Both the position numbers and the translations under genes were made by a program. A DNA stretch of 64,000 nucleotides from a virus. Positions within the stretch are counted from its first letter, which is position 1. Every line of letters starts with the position of its first letter. Shown piece by piece: positions 48,102-58,522 of this stretch. The notes below the pieces were generated by a model, which worked only from the letters and a program-made list of their open reading frames with translations, ran no database searches and was not told where the DNA came from. Where the stretch lies: positions 1 to 64,000 of the IMG/VR virus record IMGVR_UViG_3300028920_000038; one strand, 5' to 3'.

Positions 48102-50429
48102 ATGAAGTTGGAGCCTATTAGCGAGTTATTAGATTATAATTTTGATAAAGACTCTCTTATATACATAAGTGATGATCATTTTGTATATGGAGAGGAATTA
48201 GACGAAAGTATAATTAAAGATATAAAAGACCATACCATTCAGATATATACTGGATATTATATCCATGAAAAAGGATGGAAGAGTCCTAAGATATATCTGT
48301 TGGGGAGAGGTAAGAATTCAGGTAAAGTTAAATTGAAGATACAGAATTTCAAACCTTATTGTTATATTAAAGCGGATGATGGAGATTATAAGGATTACCT
48401 TGGTAATAAATGTAAACAAATGATCTTCGAAACTCATCCATCAAGAATAAAATTCTATAGAGAAAGGCGTAGGAAATCTCATTATCCATTACCATATGAA
48501 GCAGACATTCTCTTCGTGAGGAGATTCCTCTGTGATGTGTATGATTATTTCAAACCTAAAGAAAAGATACAACCTAGAATAGCTATCATAGATATTGAAA
48601 CAGACTATCCAGTTAGTGAAGATATTATAGCATGGTCTATTAATGACATGGAAGGAGATATTGTTTATAGATCAAAGTTTGATGGTTTGTCATCAAAAGA
48701 ATTATCCCTGGAATTATATAACAGATTATTAGAATACGACGTAGTAACTGGATGGAACATCAATTTCGATATGGAAGAATTACAAAAACAACTAGATAGA
48801 TTTGGAACAGATAAATATATAATAGCCAATGAAATAGCAAAGATAGATTTATTAATTATATCGAAAAAGATGTATGCAAAGGAAATAAAAGGAAACTGGT
48901 CATTGGATAATGTTGGTAAGAATATTTGTGGATTAGATAAAATCCATATTGGATCCAAACAGATAAGAGATTTAGATGAGCAAGAGTTATTAGAGTATAA
49001 CGTGAGAGATAGTATCATACCTGAGATCATAGATAATGTACTTGGAGGTTTAGAAGGACATTTGATTCTATCATGGAGTCTTCAATGTATATTAGATGAT
49101 ACTACTATAACAGCAGTTGTAAATGATATAGCTCTATTAAGAGCATATCACAGAGCTGGTATAGTATTACCTTCAAGAGATTATAGTAAAGATAAATCAA
49201 AGGAAGCTAAATATAAAGCAGCAGAACCTGATGCTAGACCTGGTGTCTATAGGGAAGTAATAGCCACTGATCTTGAACATGCATACCCATCTGCTGTAAT
49301 TGCTAAGAATATATCACCAGAAACTAAGGATCCAAATGGAGTTCATGAGACTCCTAATGGAATTAGATTTAATGATAAGCATAGTGTATTTATAGATACC
49401 CTTAAAGAGATCATGATAGATAGAGGAAAAATTAAGAGTGAAATGAATAAGTTGGATCCTAAAACTGAAGAATGGAAGAAACTTAAATCTATTGATTTTG
49501 CTTTGAAGACACAAGCAGCAGCATTTAGTCATGGTATATTTGGATGGTCTAATAGCAGAATGAAAGATTATGAAGTGGCAGATTCTATTACAGCAGTTGT
49601 AAGAGATTTGATAGATACAATCAAAGAAGCTTGCGATGTAATTGGAAGACCTTGGATATATGCTCATACAGATTCAGCTTATATAAATGCACCTAAATCT
49701 GAGAAAGAAAAGATAATGAATTATCTAAATAATATCATAGAAGAGCATTGTAAAGGATATCTAATTACTCCAAAATTAGACTATAAAAAATATTATAAAG
49801 TGACTTATATACATTCACCTGCCAGAAATGTCATGGTCCCAGAAGATGTGGGTATTGATGATGATGAAGAATGGGATGTAACTGGCATGAATTTTATGAG
49901 GTCAGAAACAGCAGAACCTCTTGGTAGAATAGAAATAGATTTAATAAAGATGCTATTCAAGAAAAGATCTAAAGATAGTATTTTAAGTGAATTAAAGAAT
50001 AGAATTAAAGATTTGATAAATGAAAATTCAACAGAACTCGGAGTAATAAAACCCTTAAACAAATCAATTAGTGAATATGGAAAATTAAAAAAGGATGGAG
50101 ATATGGGAGGAATTCCATACCATATTAAAGCTTTAAAGAGAGCTAATCGTGAATATGGATATTCTGTCAATGTTGGTGAGAAGTTTATGATAATTCCTAT
50201 ATATACTGATGAAACAGAAGGAGTTAGAGTTATTAGAAGAAAGAAGATATTTATGGCATATGATATAGAAAAAGGTTTACCAGATAAATATGTAATAGAT
50301 TATGAAACATATTTAAGATCAAACTTATGGGGTAAAATAAATAATATATTTGATGTATCTCCTAAGGAATTGGAGAAATGTGTTATGACAGATGATGTAA
50401 AATCTGCATTATTTGCAGGTATAATATAG
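48102..50429 (+). CDS. polB: Family B DNA polymerase with variant motifs
   Basis: Exo DIET / GWNINFD / YNVRD; motif A DLEHAYPS; motif B KTQAAAFSHG; motif C YAHTDS. Confidence 0.92.
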   Translation: MKLEPISELLDYNFDKDSLIYISDDHFVYGEELDESIIKDIKDHTIQIYTGYYIHEKGWKSPKIYLLGRGKNSGKVKLKIQNFKPYCYIKADDGDYKDYLGNKCKQMIFETHPSRIKFYRERRRKSHYPLPYEADILFVRRFLCDVYDYFKPKEKIQPRIAIIDIETDYPVSEDIIAWSINDMEGDIVYRSKFDGLSSKELSLELYNRLLEYDVVTGWNINFDMEELQKQLDRFGTDKYIIANEIAKIDLLIISKKMYAKEIKGNWSLDNVGKNICGLDKIHIGSKQIRDLDEQELLEYNVRDSIIPEIIDNVLGGLEGHLILSWSLQCILDDTTITAVVNDIALLRAYHRAGIVLPSRDYSKDKSKEAKYKAAEPDARPGVYREVIATDLEHAYPSAVIAKNISPETKDPNGVHETPNGIRFNDKHSVFIDTLKEIMIDRGKIKSEMNKLDPKTEEWKKLKSIDFALKTQAAAFSHGIFGWSNSRMKDYEVADSITAVVRDLIDTIKEACDVIGRPWIYAHTDSAYINAPKSEKEKIMNYLNNIIEEHCKGYLITPKLDYKKYYKVTYIHSPARNVMVPEDVGIDDDEEWDVTGMNFMRSETAEPLGRIEIDLIKMLFKKRSKDSILSELKNRIKDLINENSTELGVIKPLNKSISEYGKLKKDGDMGGIPYHIKALKRANREYGYSVNVGEKFMIIPIYTDETEGVRVIRRKKIFMAYDIEKGLPDKYVIDYETYLRSNLWGKINNIFDVSPKELEKCVMTDDVKSALFAGII

Positions 50430-50439
50430 GTGATATGAA

Positions 50440-50970
50440 ATGGTAGATACCAAAATGGAAAGCGAATATATTGGATCGTCAAAGATTATGACGATTGATG
50501 AAGCCAAACAAAGAAAGGGAGTTATAGGAAAAGCTGCTACAGAATTTGAAGGAGAAATAGTAAATAAACAGGATAATCTGTTCAGTGATATAATGAGTGT
50601 AACATTTGGATGGAAAATCCAAGATGATGGATCAAGAAAACTAGTGTCTAAATTACCAAATGGAAAGATTATATTTCCAGATAGATCAGAACAGATCGAA
50701 GAATTAGAACCAGGTGTTCCTTATATTTGCTTGGTTTATGAAAGAGAACGAGAAGCATTCGCTAAAGTTTGTAGTGAAGAATATCAACCAAAAATATTTA
50801 TTCCTTCATCAAGAATGCCAACTATGGTCTGGAGAGATGATTCTCATAAAGTACGAAGGAAAATTCCAGTGGCAGATTCCTATGAAGGTAGAATAGTTCT
50901 TGCTATAAAAGAAATGGAAAAATTAGGATTTCCATCAATTAAAGTTATATTTAGAAACAATCAGAAATAA
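50440..50970 (+). CDS. Hypothetical protein
   Basis: AGGTGA SD. Confidence 0.75.
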   Translation: MVDTKMESEYIGSSKIMTIDEAKQRKGVIGKAATEFEGEIVNKQDNLFSDIMSVTFGWKIQDDGSRKLVSKLPNGKIIFPDRSEQIEELEPGVPYICLVYEREREAFAKVCSEEYQPKIFIPSSRMPTMVWRDDSHKVRRKIPVADSYEGRIVLAIKEMEKLGFPSIKVIFRNNQK

Positions 50971-51169
50971 GGATAGATTATAATGGCTAAGCGTTGTTAC
51001 ATTTGCGGAAACAATACAATATTCTATATATGGAGTTCTTCAAGAAATTTCCCTAGAGGAAGTTTAATTAAGGCTAAAAACATAACAAGTAAAAGAGAAA
51101 AGAAAAATATAAAATTAGCGGGTTATCCAGTATGTATTAATTGTTATAATAAATTATTAGAGTAGATAT

Positions 51170-52132
51170 ATGAAAATAGCTGTACAATGCGGATCAGTAG
51201 GAGAAAGATGCGGTATATGGACTTATTCATCTAGATTCATAGACGCAATGAATAAAATTAAAGGAGTAGAGGCATTTCCTTTTGTCTCTAAAATTAAACG
51301 AGGTAAGAAGTTCGATATTATAAATATACAATACGAACCAGGTATGTGTCCTCCAAATCTATTAAATGGTATATTACAGAAATATACCGAACCTATAGTA
51401 GTAACAGTTCATCATACTGGATATTTACCACAATTTTATCCAATGATGGATGGACTTGTTTTTCATTCCAAGAATCAAATAGTAGGAGAGCCTTGGGATT
51501 ATACAATCATAAAACATCCAGCGTTAGTATTCCCAGAAAAAGGTAAAGATAAAATGAGAAAAAAATATGGAATACCCAAAGATAAAAAAGTAATAGGAAC
51601 TGCTGGGTTTATTTGTGGTACTGGTAAGAAATTACCTAGAATTGCAGAAGAATTATTTAAGGATTTAAAAGACGATGAATTTGTTTATTTCATTACATCC
51701 TTTTGGAAAGGAGGAGATTTTTCAAATAAAGAAACTATACAAAAAATTGTAAAGAAATATAATATAAAAGAAGATCAGTTTAAATTAGATACTGAATTTG
51801 TTCCAGAAGAGATTCTAAATGAAAAGATGCAATGTTGTGATCTTTTATTCTCTTGGAATAATAGTACATCAGCTGGAGGAACTTCTGGTATAGCAATGGA
51901 TATGTTAGGAGCTAGAAGGAAAGTTATAGTGAAAGATGCTCCTCATTATTATGAAGTTTCTACTATAAAAGGTGTAGAAATTGGTAGACCAGGAGAAAAA
52001 GAATTTGTAGAAGATGTCTTTAAATTACTTAGAAAAGGAAATTTAACTGAAGTTCCAGATCCAGAACCATATTCATGGGACACACTAGCTTCTAAGTATC
52101 TAGAATATTTCGAAGAAATAGTAGGTGAATAA
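51170..52132 (+). CDS. Glycosyltransferase (GT-B, GT4-like)
   Basis: CGIWTYS, VTVHH, GTAGFI...KKL, SGIAMDML. Confidence 0.75.
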   Translation: MKIAVQCGSVGERCGIWTYSSRFIDAMNKIKGVEAFPFVSKIKRGKKFDIINIQYEPGMCPPNLLNGILQKYTEPIVVTVHHTGYLPQFYPMMDGLVFHSKNQIVGEPWDYTIIKHPALVFPEKGKDKMRKKYGIPKDKKVIGTAGFICGTGKKLPRIAEELFKDLKDDEFVYFITSFWKGGDFSNKETIQKIVKKYNIKEDQFKLDTEFVPEEILNEKMQCCDLLFSWNNSTSAGGTSGIAMDMLGARRKVIVKDAPHYYEVSTIKGVEIGRPGEKEFVEDVFKLLRKGNLTEVPDPEPYSWDTLASKYLEYFEEIVGE

Positions 52133-53406
52133 TGACACAAGAAAGAGTATTATTAGTGGGAGATTCTTTAGAAGGTCCAACAGGATTTGCTACAGATTTA
52201 GCAGGAGTATCTTGGTGCTTAGCTAAAAAATACGATGTTCATGTTCTTGGTTTACAATCCAGAGGTAAAAGTAAAGTTAAAATAGGAATTGAAGATGAAC
52301 AAAGACAGGTTATACAGCATCCAAATTATCCCAGATCAAAAGAAAGATGGGATTTTGGTACAAGATCTTTACCTAGATTGTTAGATGAATTAGAACCAGA
52401 TGCTTTAGTTACAGTGAATGATATTCAAATGGTATCTCATGTACCACAAACTATGTGTCCAAACAGTATTAATATGCCAGTTATTGATTTACCTTCTAAA
52501 AAATTTGTATCTGAAACTGCATTGATGGAAAAACTTAAAGGAGAAATTATAAAGTTCCAAGAGAGATTTCCTAGAGAAGTTAAATGGGTTCAATATGCTC
52601 CTCAAGATGGAGATCCTCCTATGCAGAATTGGGAGTATATATATAAAATGGCAGATCAAGTTGTGGCTATGTCTGATTATGGTAAAGATATATTTAAGAA
52701 TTTTTTCAAAATGGATGTACCTAGAATCTGGCATGGGGTAAATACAACTACTTTTACAAATGAAGAGAAGCCTGAACCTTTAAAAGATAAATTTATAGTA
52801 GGTAATTTTAATAGAAATCAACCTAGAAAACAACCAGTGAGAACAATGATAGCTTTCTCTAAATTTGCTCAAGATAAGAATGATGTACTCCTACATATGC
52901 AAATGGATTGGAAAGATCAATTTGGATGGCCTATAAGTTATTTTGCTAATCTTTATGGAATATCCAATAAAATGATACAACCAAAACCAGTTGGTATCCC
53001 AACAGAAGAAGTTGCTAAAACCTATAATATGTGGGATATTAATTGTAATGCAACAGCTGGTGAAGGATTCGGATTAACACATATTGAAGGATTTGCTTGC
53101 GGATTACCTAGTATAGGAACAGATTACACTACAAGTAGAGAACTTATTATCAAAGGTAAACCTTCTCCAAGAGGAGAATTGGTACGTCCTATAGATTTAC
53201 ATTGGCAAAAAATGGACGTAGCAGCAGTACGAAGAGCTTTAGTAGATATTAATCACTTAGCAGAAATATTTAATAAATACTATTATAATAGAGATCTTGT
53301 GAAAGAGCATGGAAAGAATGCAGAAAAATGGGTAAAGAAGAATTGTAGTTGGAATGTTATTGAACCTCAATGGCTGAAAGTTGTTGATGATGTTTTATCA
53401 AAATAG
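52132..53406 (+). CDS. Glycosyltransferase family 4
   Basis: TGFA, IWHGVN, NRNQPRKQ, GEGFGLTHIEGFACGLP. Confidence 0.9.
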   Translation: MTQERVLLVGDSLEGPTGFATDLAGVSWCLAKKYDVHVLGLQSRGKSKVKIGIEDEQRQVIQHPNYPRSKERWDFGTRSLPRLLDELEPDALVTVNDIQMVSHVPQTMCPNSINMPVIDLPSKKFVSETALMEKLKGEIIKFQERFPREVKWVQYAPQDGDPPMQNWEYIYKMADQVVAMSDYGKDIFKNFFKMDVPRIWHGVNTTTFTNEEKPEPLKDKFIVGNFNRNQPRKQPVRTMIAFSKFAQDKNDVLLHMQMDWKDQFGWPISYFANLYGISNKMIQPKPVGIPTEEVAKTYNMWDINCNATAGEGFGLTHIEGFACGLPSIGTDYTTSRELIIKGKPSPRGELVRPIDLHWQKMDVAAVRRALVDINHLAEIFNKYYYNRDLVKEHGKNAEKWVKKNCSWNVIEPQWLKVVDDVLSK

Positions 53407-53415
53407 AGGAATATA

Positions 53416-53637
53416 ATGACGAGTTTAAAAGAATTAGAATTCGCGATAGATTCTTTAGTTGAAGAATTGATAGCAGTAAAAGTTTATTTCCAAAGAGTTA
53501 GACAAACAAAAGATAAAGAATTAAAAGCAATACTCTCTCATAATCTAGATGAAGAGAAAGAACATGCTGCTATGTTAATAAATTGGTTGCGTAGTATAGA
53601 TAAAGAATTCGATAAGAAATTTACAGAGCATGATTAA
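53416..53637 (+). CDS. Encapsulin-associated ferritin-like protein (EncFtn family)
   Basis: AIDSLVEELIAV..Y.QR....D.ELKAIL.HN.DEEKEHAAML..WLR..D closely follows the EncFtn consensus. Confidence 0.85.
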   Translation: MTSLKELEFAIDSLVEELIAVKVYFQRVRQTKDKELKAILSHNLDEEKEHAAMLINWLRSIDKEFDKKFTEHD

Positions 53638-53866
53638 ATTAAGAAAAATAAGAATAGATAGATTGTTTATACAAGGATTATTATATAGAGTTCATATAAT
53701 ATTAATACAATCTATATTTTGGTATATACTTTTAGGAATAACAACTGGTATGTGGAAATGGGAATGGGCAATAAGTTCATCTCTATTGTGGAATGTTATA
53801 AATACATTTCTTTATTATAATTTCCATTATTGGATATCAAGATTATGGAAATTAGGGAAGGAATAA
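53630..53866 (+). CDS. Small 2-TM protein (DUF2061-like)
   Basis: YR....IFWY...G.W....S...N..NTFLYY.FH. Confidence 0.55.
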   Translation: MIKLRKIRIDRLFIQGLLYRVHIILIQSIFWYILLGITTGMWKWEWAISSSLLWNVINTFLYYNFHYWISRLWKLGKE

Positions 53867-53868
53867 TA

Positions 53869-54072
53869 ATGAGAGGATTTGGAAGAGGAAGAAGTATGAG
53901 AAATTATCAAAGACCAGGAAGAAATAGATTCCCAACTGGAGATAAACCTGGCTCTGGTCCTGGAGGATATTGTATATGTCCTTCTTGTGGATATAAAACA
54001 CCTCATAGTAGGTTAAGGCCTTGCAATCAAAGGACCTGTCCAAAATGTGGCGATACATTAACAAAGGAATAG
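53869..54072 (+). CDS. Gly/Arg-rich + double CPxC micro-protein of a family common in archaea
   Basis: GFGRGR...GPGGYCICPSCGY..PH....PC....CPKCG. Confidence 0.7.
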   Translation: MRGFGRGRSMRNYQRPGRNRFPTGDKPGSGPGGYCICPSCGYKTPHSRLRPCNQRTCPKCGDTLTKE

Positions 54073-54533
54073 ATGACATCTAAAAAGAGACTATTGGAAT
54101 TATACGAAAAATGCTTAGATGAAATGTATAAAGAATCCGTACCTTCGATAACTTGGGAACAGTACAAAGAGAAGTACGGAGGAACTGATATACAGGGATT
54201 TAAATATCATTATCTTTCAAATGAGAGATTCAAAGAAATCGGAGATAAATATTTAAAGAAAATTAATAAAAAAGATAGACCTAGTTTTATGATGTCTTTA
54301 GTAGATTTATCTCCTACATGTAGTGAAAAACAATGGAAGATAGATACCAAAGAAAAATTAAAGGAGAAAAAATGAAATTCATAGAGTGCACTTGTTCAAA
54401 TTGTAATTTGTCATATAAGATTACATTTGATGAAGATATATCAGAATTTAGTTTATATTGTCCTGTATGTGGGTGCAATGATATTCAATATCATAAAATT
54501 GATCCAAATGGTTTTTAAATATAGAGGGTTAAT

Positions 54534-54920
54534 ATGTTTTGGTATTTATGTCTTGTAGTTTTTTTTATAAGTGTAGTATATTTATATTGGAGGTATAAAA
54601 TGGCAGATGTCATTACAGATACATATCCTTTACATATTGGTTTAGTTCAACATGGACATGCAAAGATTTATAATGTTGTGGCTCCAGAAGAAGTAGAACA
54701 AGGAGATCCTTATAACATAGAATATGATTGTAAGAATGAAGGAGCGGTAACTGATCTTATCTTTGGTCACGTGAAGAATGATTCTGATGAAATTATATTT
54801 GAAGGAACAGATTGGGAAGAAAATATACCATCAGGTCAGCAAGTTCATAGGATAGCTCAAATGCCACCTATTAATGAGCCAATGGACGTAACCATAGTTG
54901 TTGGATATAGGAAACCTTAA
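54534..54920 (+). CDS. Membrane-anchored Ig-like protein
   Basis: N-terminal TM helix, then a beta-sandwich-like pattern (CKNEGA). Confidence 0.55.
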   Translation: MFWYLCLVVFFISVVYLYWRYKMADVITDTYPLHIGLVQHGHAKIYNVVAPEEVEQGDPYNIEYDCKNEGAVTDLIFGHVKNDSDEIIFEGTDWEENIPSGQQVHRIAQMPPINEPMDVTIVVGYRKP

Positions 54921-55237
54921 AAACATGTACGAAGTATTTTTTGAATTAGGAGAAGAGAATTATCCAGTTGTTAGGATTGGAGAGGATTTTCTCTCTCCTA
55001 AAGATTTAATTGAAAACAATATTCCTATAGAAGTAATAAATACTATAGATCCAGATTGGGATCTATTAACTGAACGAATTAAATTAAAAATATCAGATGG
55101 AAGAATTATTGAAAGGTATACAACAAATGGGAAAATAACTCCAGAAGATATTCTAAGCAACGTTATAGATAGAACTGATGATGGCTATAGATATATGATA
55201 CAGGAACATAATACAATAAGATATATGGTTGAAGAGC

Positions 55238-55891
55238 ATGGCAGCGAATCAATCTAGAATGGCTATAATAAGTCCTTGCCACGATACTGCTAATCTATAT
55301 GTCCATAATTGGATGGAACCTTATCTTGTCCCTATGTTAGACCCATGGGAATTACATAAGTTTTATTGTGAAGAAGCAAGAGGGTTATATCATGTGTTTC
55401 CAGATTTTGAAGTGTATCATCCTAAAGGATTATTTGAACATGGACATGGTAGCACAAATTCTATAACTGGCCACAATTCATATGCAATTTGGGCTTTATG
55501 GGGTGGAGGACCACAATATATGCCTCTACTAGAAGATAAAATTGTATACTTTATTTCTTGTCATACTGGACAAGGTCTTGGACCAGCTATGGTTAGTGAA
55601 TATGGTGCAAGAGCATATATGGGATATGATGATCTTTGTTATGTAGGATATGGCGGAAGATGGAAAGAATGTCTATTAGAACCATGGATTGCTTTAGTAG
55701 AAGGATGTACAGTAGGTCAAGCATATCAGAGAGGAATTGATATGTATAATTGGTGGATAGACCAAACTGGATATGATCATCTTATTCATAATAGAGACCA
55801 CTTTGTTATGTTCGGTGATCCTGATGCTAAATTATTAGAAGAAGATTTAATTATTACCGATACACATCAGCTTCATATAGGAATGCTATGA
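55238..55891 (+). CDS. Gingipain (C25)/caspase-fold cysteine peptidase-like protein
   Basis: HGHG catalytic His, ISCHTG catalytic Cys, AYMGY, MFGDP. Confidence 0.65.
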   Translation: MAANQSRMAIISPCHDTANLYVHNWMEPYLVPMLDPWELHKFYCEEARGLYHVFPDFEVYHPKGLFEHGHGSTNSITGHNSYAIWALWGGGPQYMPLLEDKIVYFISCHTGQGLGPAMVSEYGARAYMGYDDLCYVGYGGRWKECLLEPWIALVEGCTVGQAYQRGIDMYNWWIDQTGYDHLIHNRDHFVMFGDPDAKLLEEDLIITDTHQLHIGML

Positions 55892-56071
55892 TTTGTCCTA
55901 ATTGTAAGAATAAATGTAATATTAATGAACAAGTTAAATATTGTAATAAATGCGGTTATATTTTTATAGATTTACTCAATATCCATGTCTCTCTAAATAA
56001 TATAGGAAATAGAAGATCATTAGAAAATGTAGATATGGATTGATGTTAAAATGTTTAAAGAAGGAGGAAAT

Positions 56072-56560
56072 ATGAAACACCAATGGATATTAGCAATGCT
56101 AATAGTTCTTTTAGTAGGAATGGTAGCATTGACAGGTTGTATAGAATTTAACTCACAAAATGAAGAAGAGCAAGATACAAATAGATTACCAGTTATAAAT
56201 CTTATATATCCAATAAAACAGTATGATACATTGACTACTGACAATATAGAATCTACACCACCACCGTGGTATTATTTTCACTATCGGTATAATAGAGTAG
56301 CAGCATATATACAAGATCCAGATGGAGATGAAATGAATATTCAATTCTGGAAAAAGGATGCCAACTCAGATGAGTGGGTAGGTATAGGAAATTTCTTAGG
56401 ATATAATGGAACATATCAAGCAAATTTGTATCCAACAAATGCTGCTGTTAGATGGTTACAAGTAAGAATAGATGCTTCAGATGGACATGGAACTACCACT
56501 AAGAGAGTTATGTTACATTATTATTTACCAATAATTTGTGGAAATTCCGTAGGAGTATAA
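56072..56560 (+). CDS. Putative lipoprotein with Ig/PKD-like domain
   Basis: Signal peptide ending LTGC; DPDGD motif; GGAGG SD. Confidence 0.65.
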   Translation: MKHQWILAMLIVLLVGMVALTGCIEFNSQNEEEQDTNRLPVINLIYPIKQYDTLTTDNIESTPPPWYYFHYRYNRVAAYIQDPDGDEMNIQFWKKDANSDEWVGIGNFLGYNGTYQANLYPTNAAVRWLQVRIDASDGHGTTTKRVMLHYYLPIICGNSVGV

Positions 56561-56605
56561 GGTTTAAATAATGTATGTAAGAAATGTTATAAATTTATAT
56601 GAAAA

Positions 56606-57037
56606 ATGATAGATATAATTGATATAGCAAGATTAACATTAATATTTATATTCTCATTCTTTAGTAGCTTCTTGTGGCATGAATTGTGTCATGGACTCGA
56701 AGCGATCAGACAAGGATCTTCAAAAGCTAATATTATAGTTAAACCATGGACTATGATGACTGGTGGAGATCACATAACTAATAGTAAATTATTCTTTTTA
56801 GCCGGTGGTTTGTATTCAGGAATTATATTTATATTAGCAGGATTACTAACAATAGATCCGTACTTTAGATTCTCATTTCTAACAGTTGGATTGATGAATG
56901 TATTCTACAGTTATTATGAAATGGAGTATATAACAAAGCATAGTCCATCTATTTACCGAGCAATTCGATATAGTATTTATTTTTTAACTATATTAGGGAT
57001 GACATGTTTATTTTATTTTTTAGGATATATACCATAA
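56606..57037 (+). CDS. M50-like membrane metallopeptidase
   Basis: WHELCHG within a TM helix, LAGG, multiple TMs. Confidence 0.6.
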   Translation: MIDIIDIARLTLIFIFSFFSSFLWHELCHGLEAIRQGSSKANIIVKPWTMMTGGDHITNSKLFFLAGGLYSGIIFILAGLLTIDPYFRFSFLTVGLMNVFYSYYEMEYITKHSPSIYRAIRYSIYFLTILGMTCLFYFLGYIP

Positions 57038-57438
57038 ATGAGACAACCAATACCAAAGAATAATATAATACAGAACATTAAAGAAGAACACCATAATAGA
57101 ACTCAATGGATGGACGAAAATCTAACCTGGAGAGAACGAGCTAGAATAGAAAGAGAAGTTGCTATTAAATTAGTAATGGCTTTTTTATTCTATTTAACTA
57201 TTATGGGATTAATGTGGTTTTTATTATGAGAATGAAAAAAATGAATAAGAAACAAATTCATGAAAAGATGTCTTATGAAATACAAAACTTCCTACATAAG
57301 AATCTAAATATGGGATGGCAAAAGAATAGTGACATTTACTTTGGTGTGCAATCAATTATTAATAAATATTTAGATGATGTAGAAATAGAATCTAGAGTTA
57401 AACCAGACCCTAGACTTACAGATTATGAGGTATGAAGA

Positions 57439-57888
57439 ATGGGGACAAAACTAATCGAATCCGATGAATACACTTTACATAGATTTTATGGTGGAGACAA
57501 ACGAGGTGTGATGTATCAGATAACTCAAAAGCATACAGAACCATTTAGCGATTCAGAATATCATTACATACATTTGTCTGCTGAACAGATACATCATATC
57601 TATGAGACTATAATTAATAGAGAGTATGATTTAATTGATGAGGAAATGAAAGTGAAAACATTAAAAGATTTAATAAAAGAAAATGACGATGATCTTACCT
57701 TTGGTGGATATACAGAAGATGTTCTACAAGAAGCTGCAAGAGAATGGATAGAAAAAATAGACGATGTCCTTTATGATGATAAGAAAGAAGAAAATTTAGC
57801 ACCATATAAACCTGATAACTATTACCATATGGATGAAGTTATGAGATGGATAAAACATTTCTTTAATCTAGAGGAGGACCAGGAATGA
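57439..57888 (+). CDS. Hypothetical protein
   Basis: ORF track; GAGG SD. Confidence 0.65.
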   Translation: MGTKLIESDEYTLHRFYGGDKRGVMYQITQKHTEPFSDSEYHYIHLSAEQIHHIYETIINREYDLIDEEMKVKTLKDLIKENDDDLTFGGYTEDVLQEAAREWIEKIDDVLYDDKKEENLAPYKPDNYYHMDEVMRWIKHFFNLEEDQE

Positions 57889-58096
57889 GTAATGATTGGA
57901 GTTTGAAAGGGAAGTGTATCAGACCGTTTCCTAGTGTTGGTAAATCAGGATTTTATTCCAAAGATGACATCGAAATCCTCCGAGAGAAATTTATTGAAGA
58001 TATGAAAGAATATATGGACAGTCTTGGGTATATAAGATATTATGATGAAATTGAAATGATAAAAGTTATCAACAAACTATTCGGAGTTGAAACTGA

Positions 58097-58522
58097 TTGA
58101 ATATTATAGGAGCATTCGATAGAAATAGAGTATCAGAACTAGAACCACGAGCTAATAGCGTACTTATATCTATAACTTCTCAAGAATCCAGACACCCAGA
58201 TGTAGATAATAAATGGAAAGATATTCTACGTCTAAAGTTTGATGATGTAGAAGGTAGGATGCTAGATATAGAAGGAGCATCTAATGTTCTAACTGATGAG
58301 CAGGCTGAAGAGATTCTTGACTTTGTTATAGAGAATATAGAAAGTGACTTCTTTGTTAACTGCGATGCAGGTATCAGTAGAAGTACTGGAGTAGTTGTGG
58401 CCTTGGAGTTAATATTTAATTCTAGAGATGTATCTGATAGATACCCCTATCATAATAGATATGTAAAGAATAAGATACGAGATACTTGGTTTAAGAGAAT
58501 ATGGAAAGGTAAAGAAGAATGA
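58097..58522 (+). CDS. Protein-tyrosine/dual-specificity phosphatase-like protein
   Basis: ISI...L.FDD...VNCDAGISRS (CX5R P-loop). Confidence 0.8.
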   Translation: MNIIGAFDRNRVSELEPRANSVLISITSQESRHPDVDNKWKDILRLKFDDVEGRMLDIEGASNVLTDEQAEEILDFVIENIESDFFVNCDAGISRSTGVVVALELIFNSRDVSDRYPYHNRYVKNKIRDTWFKRIWKGKEE

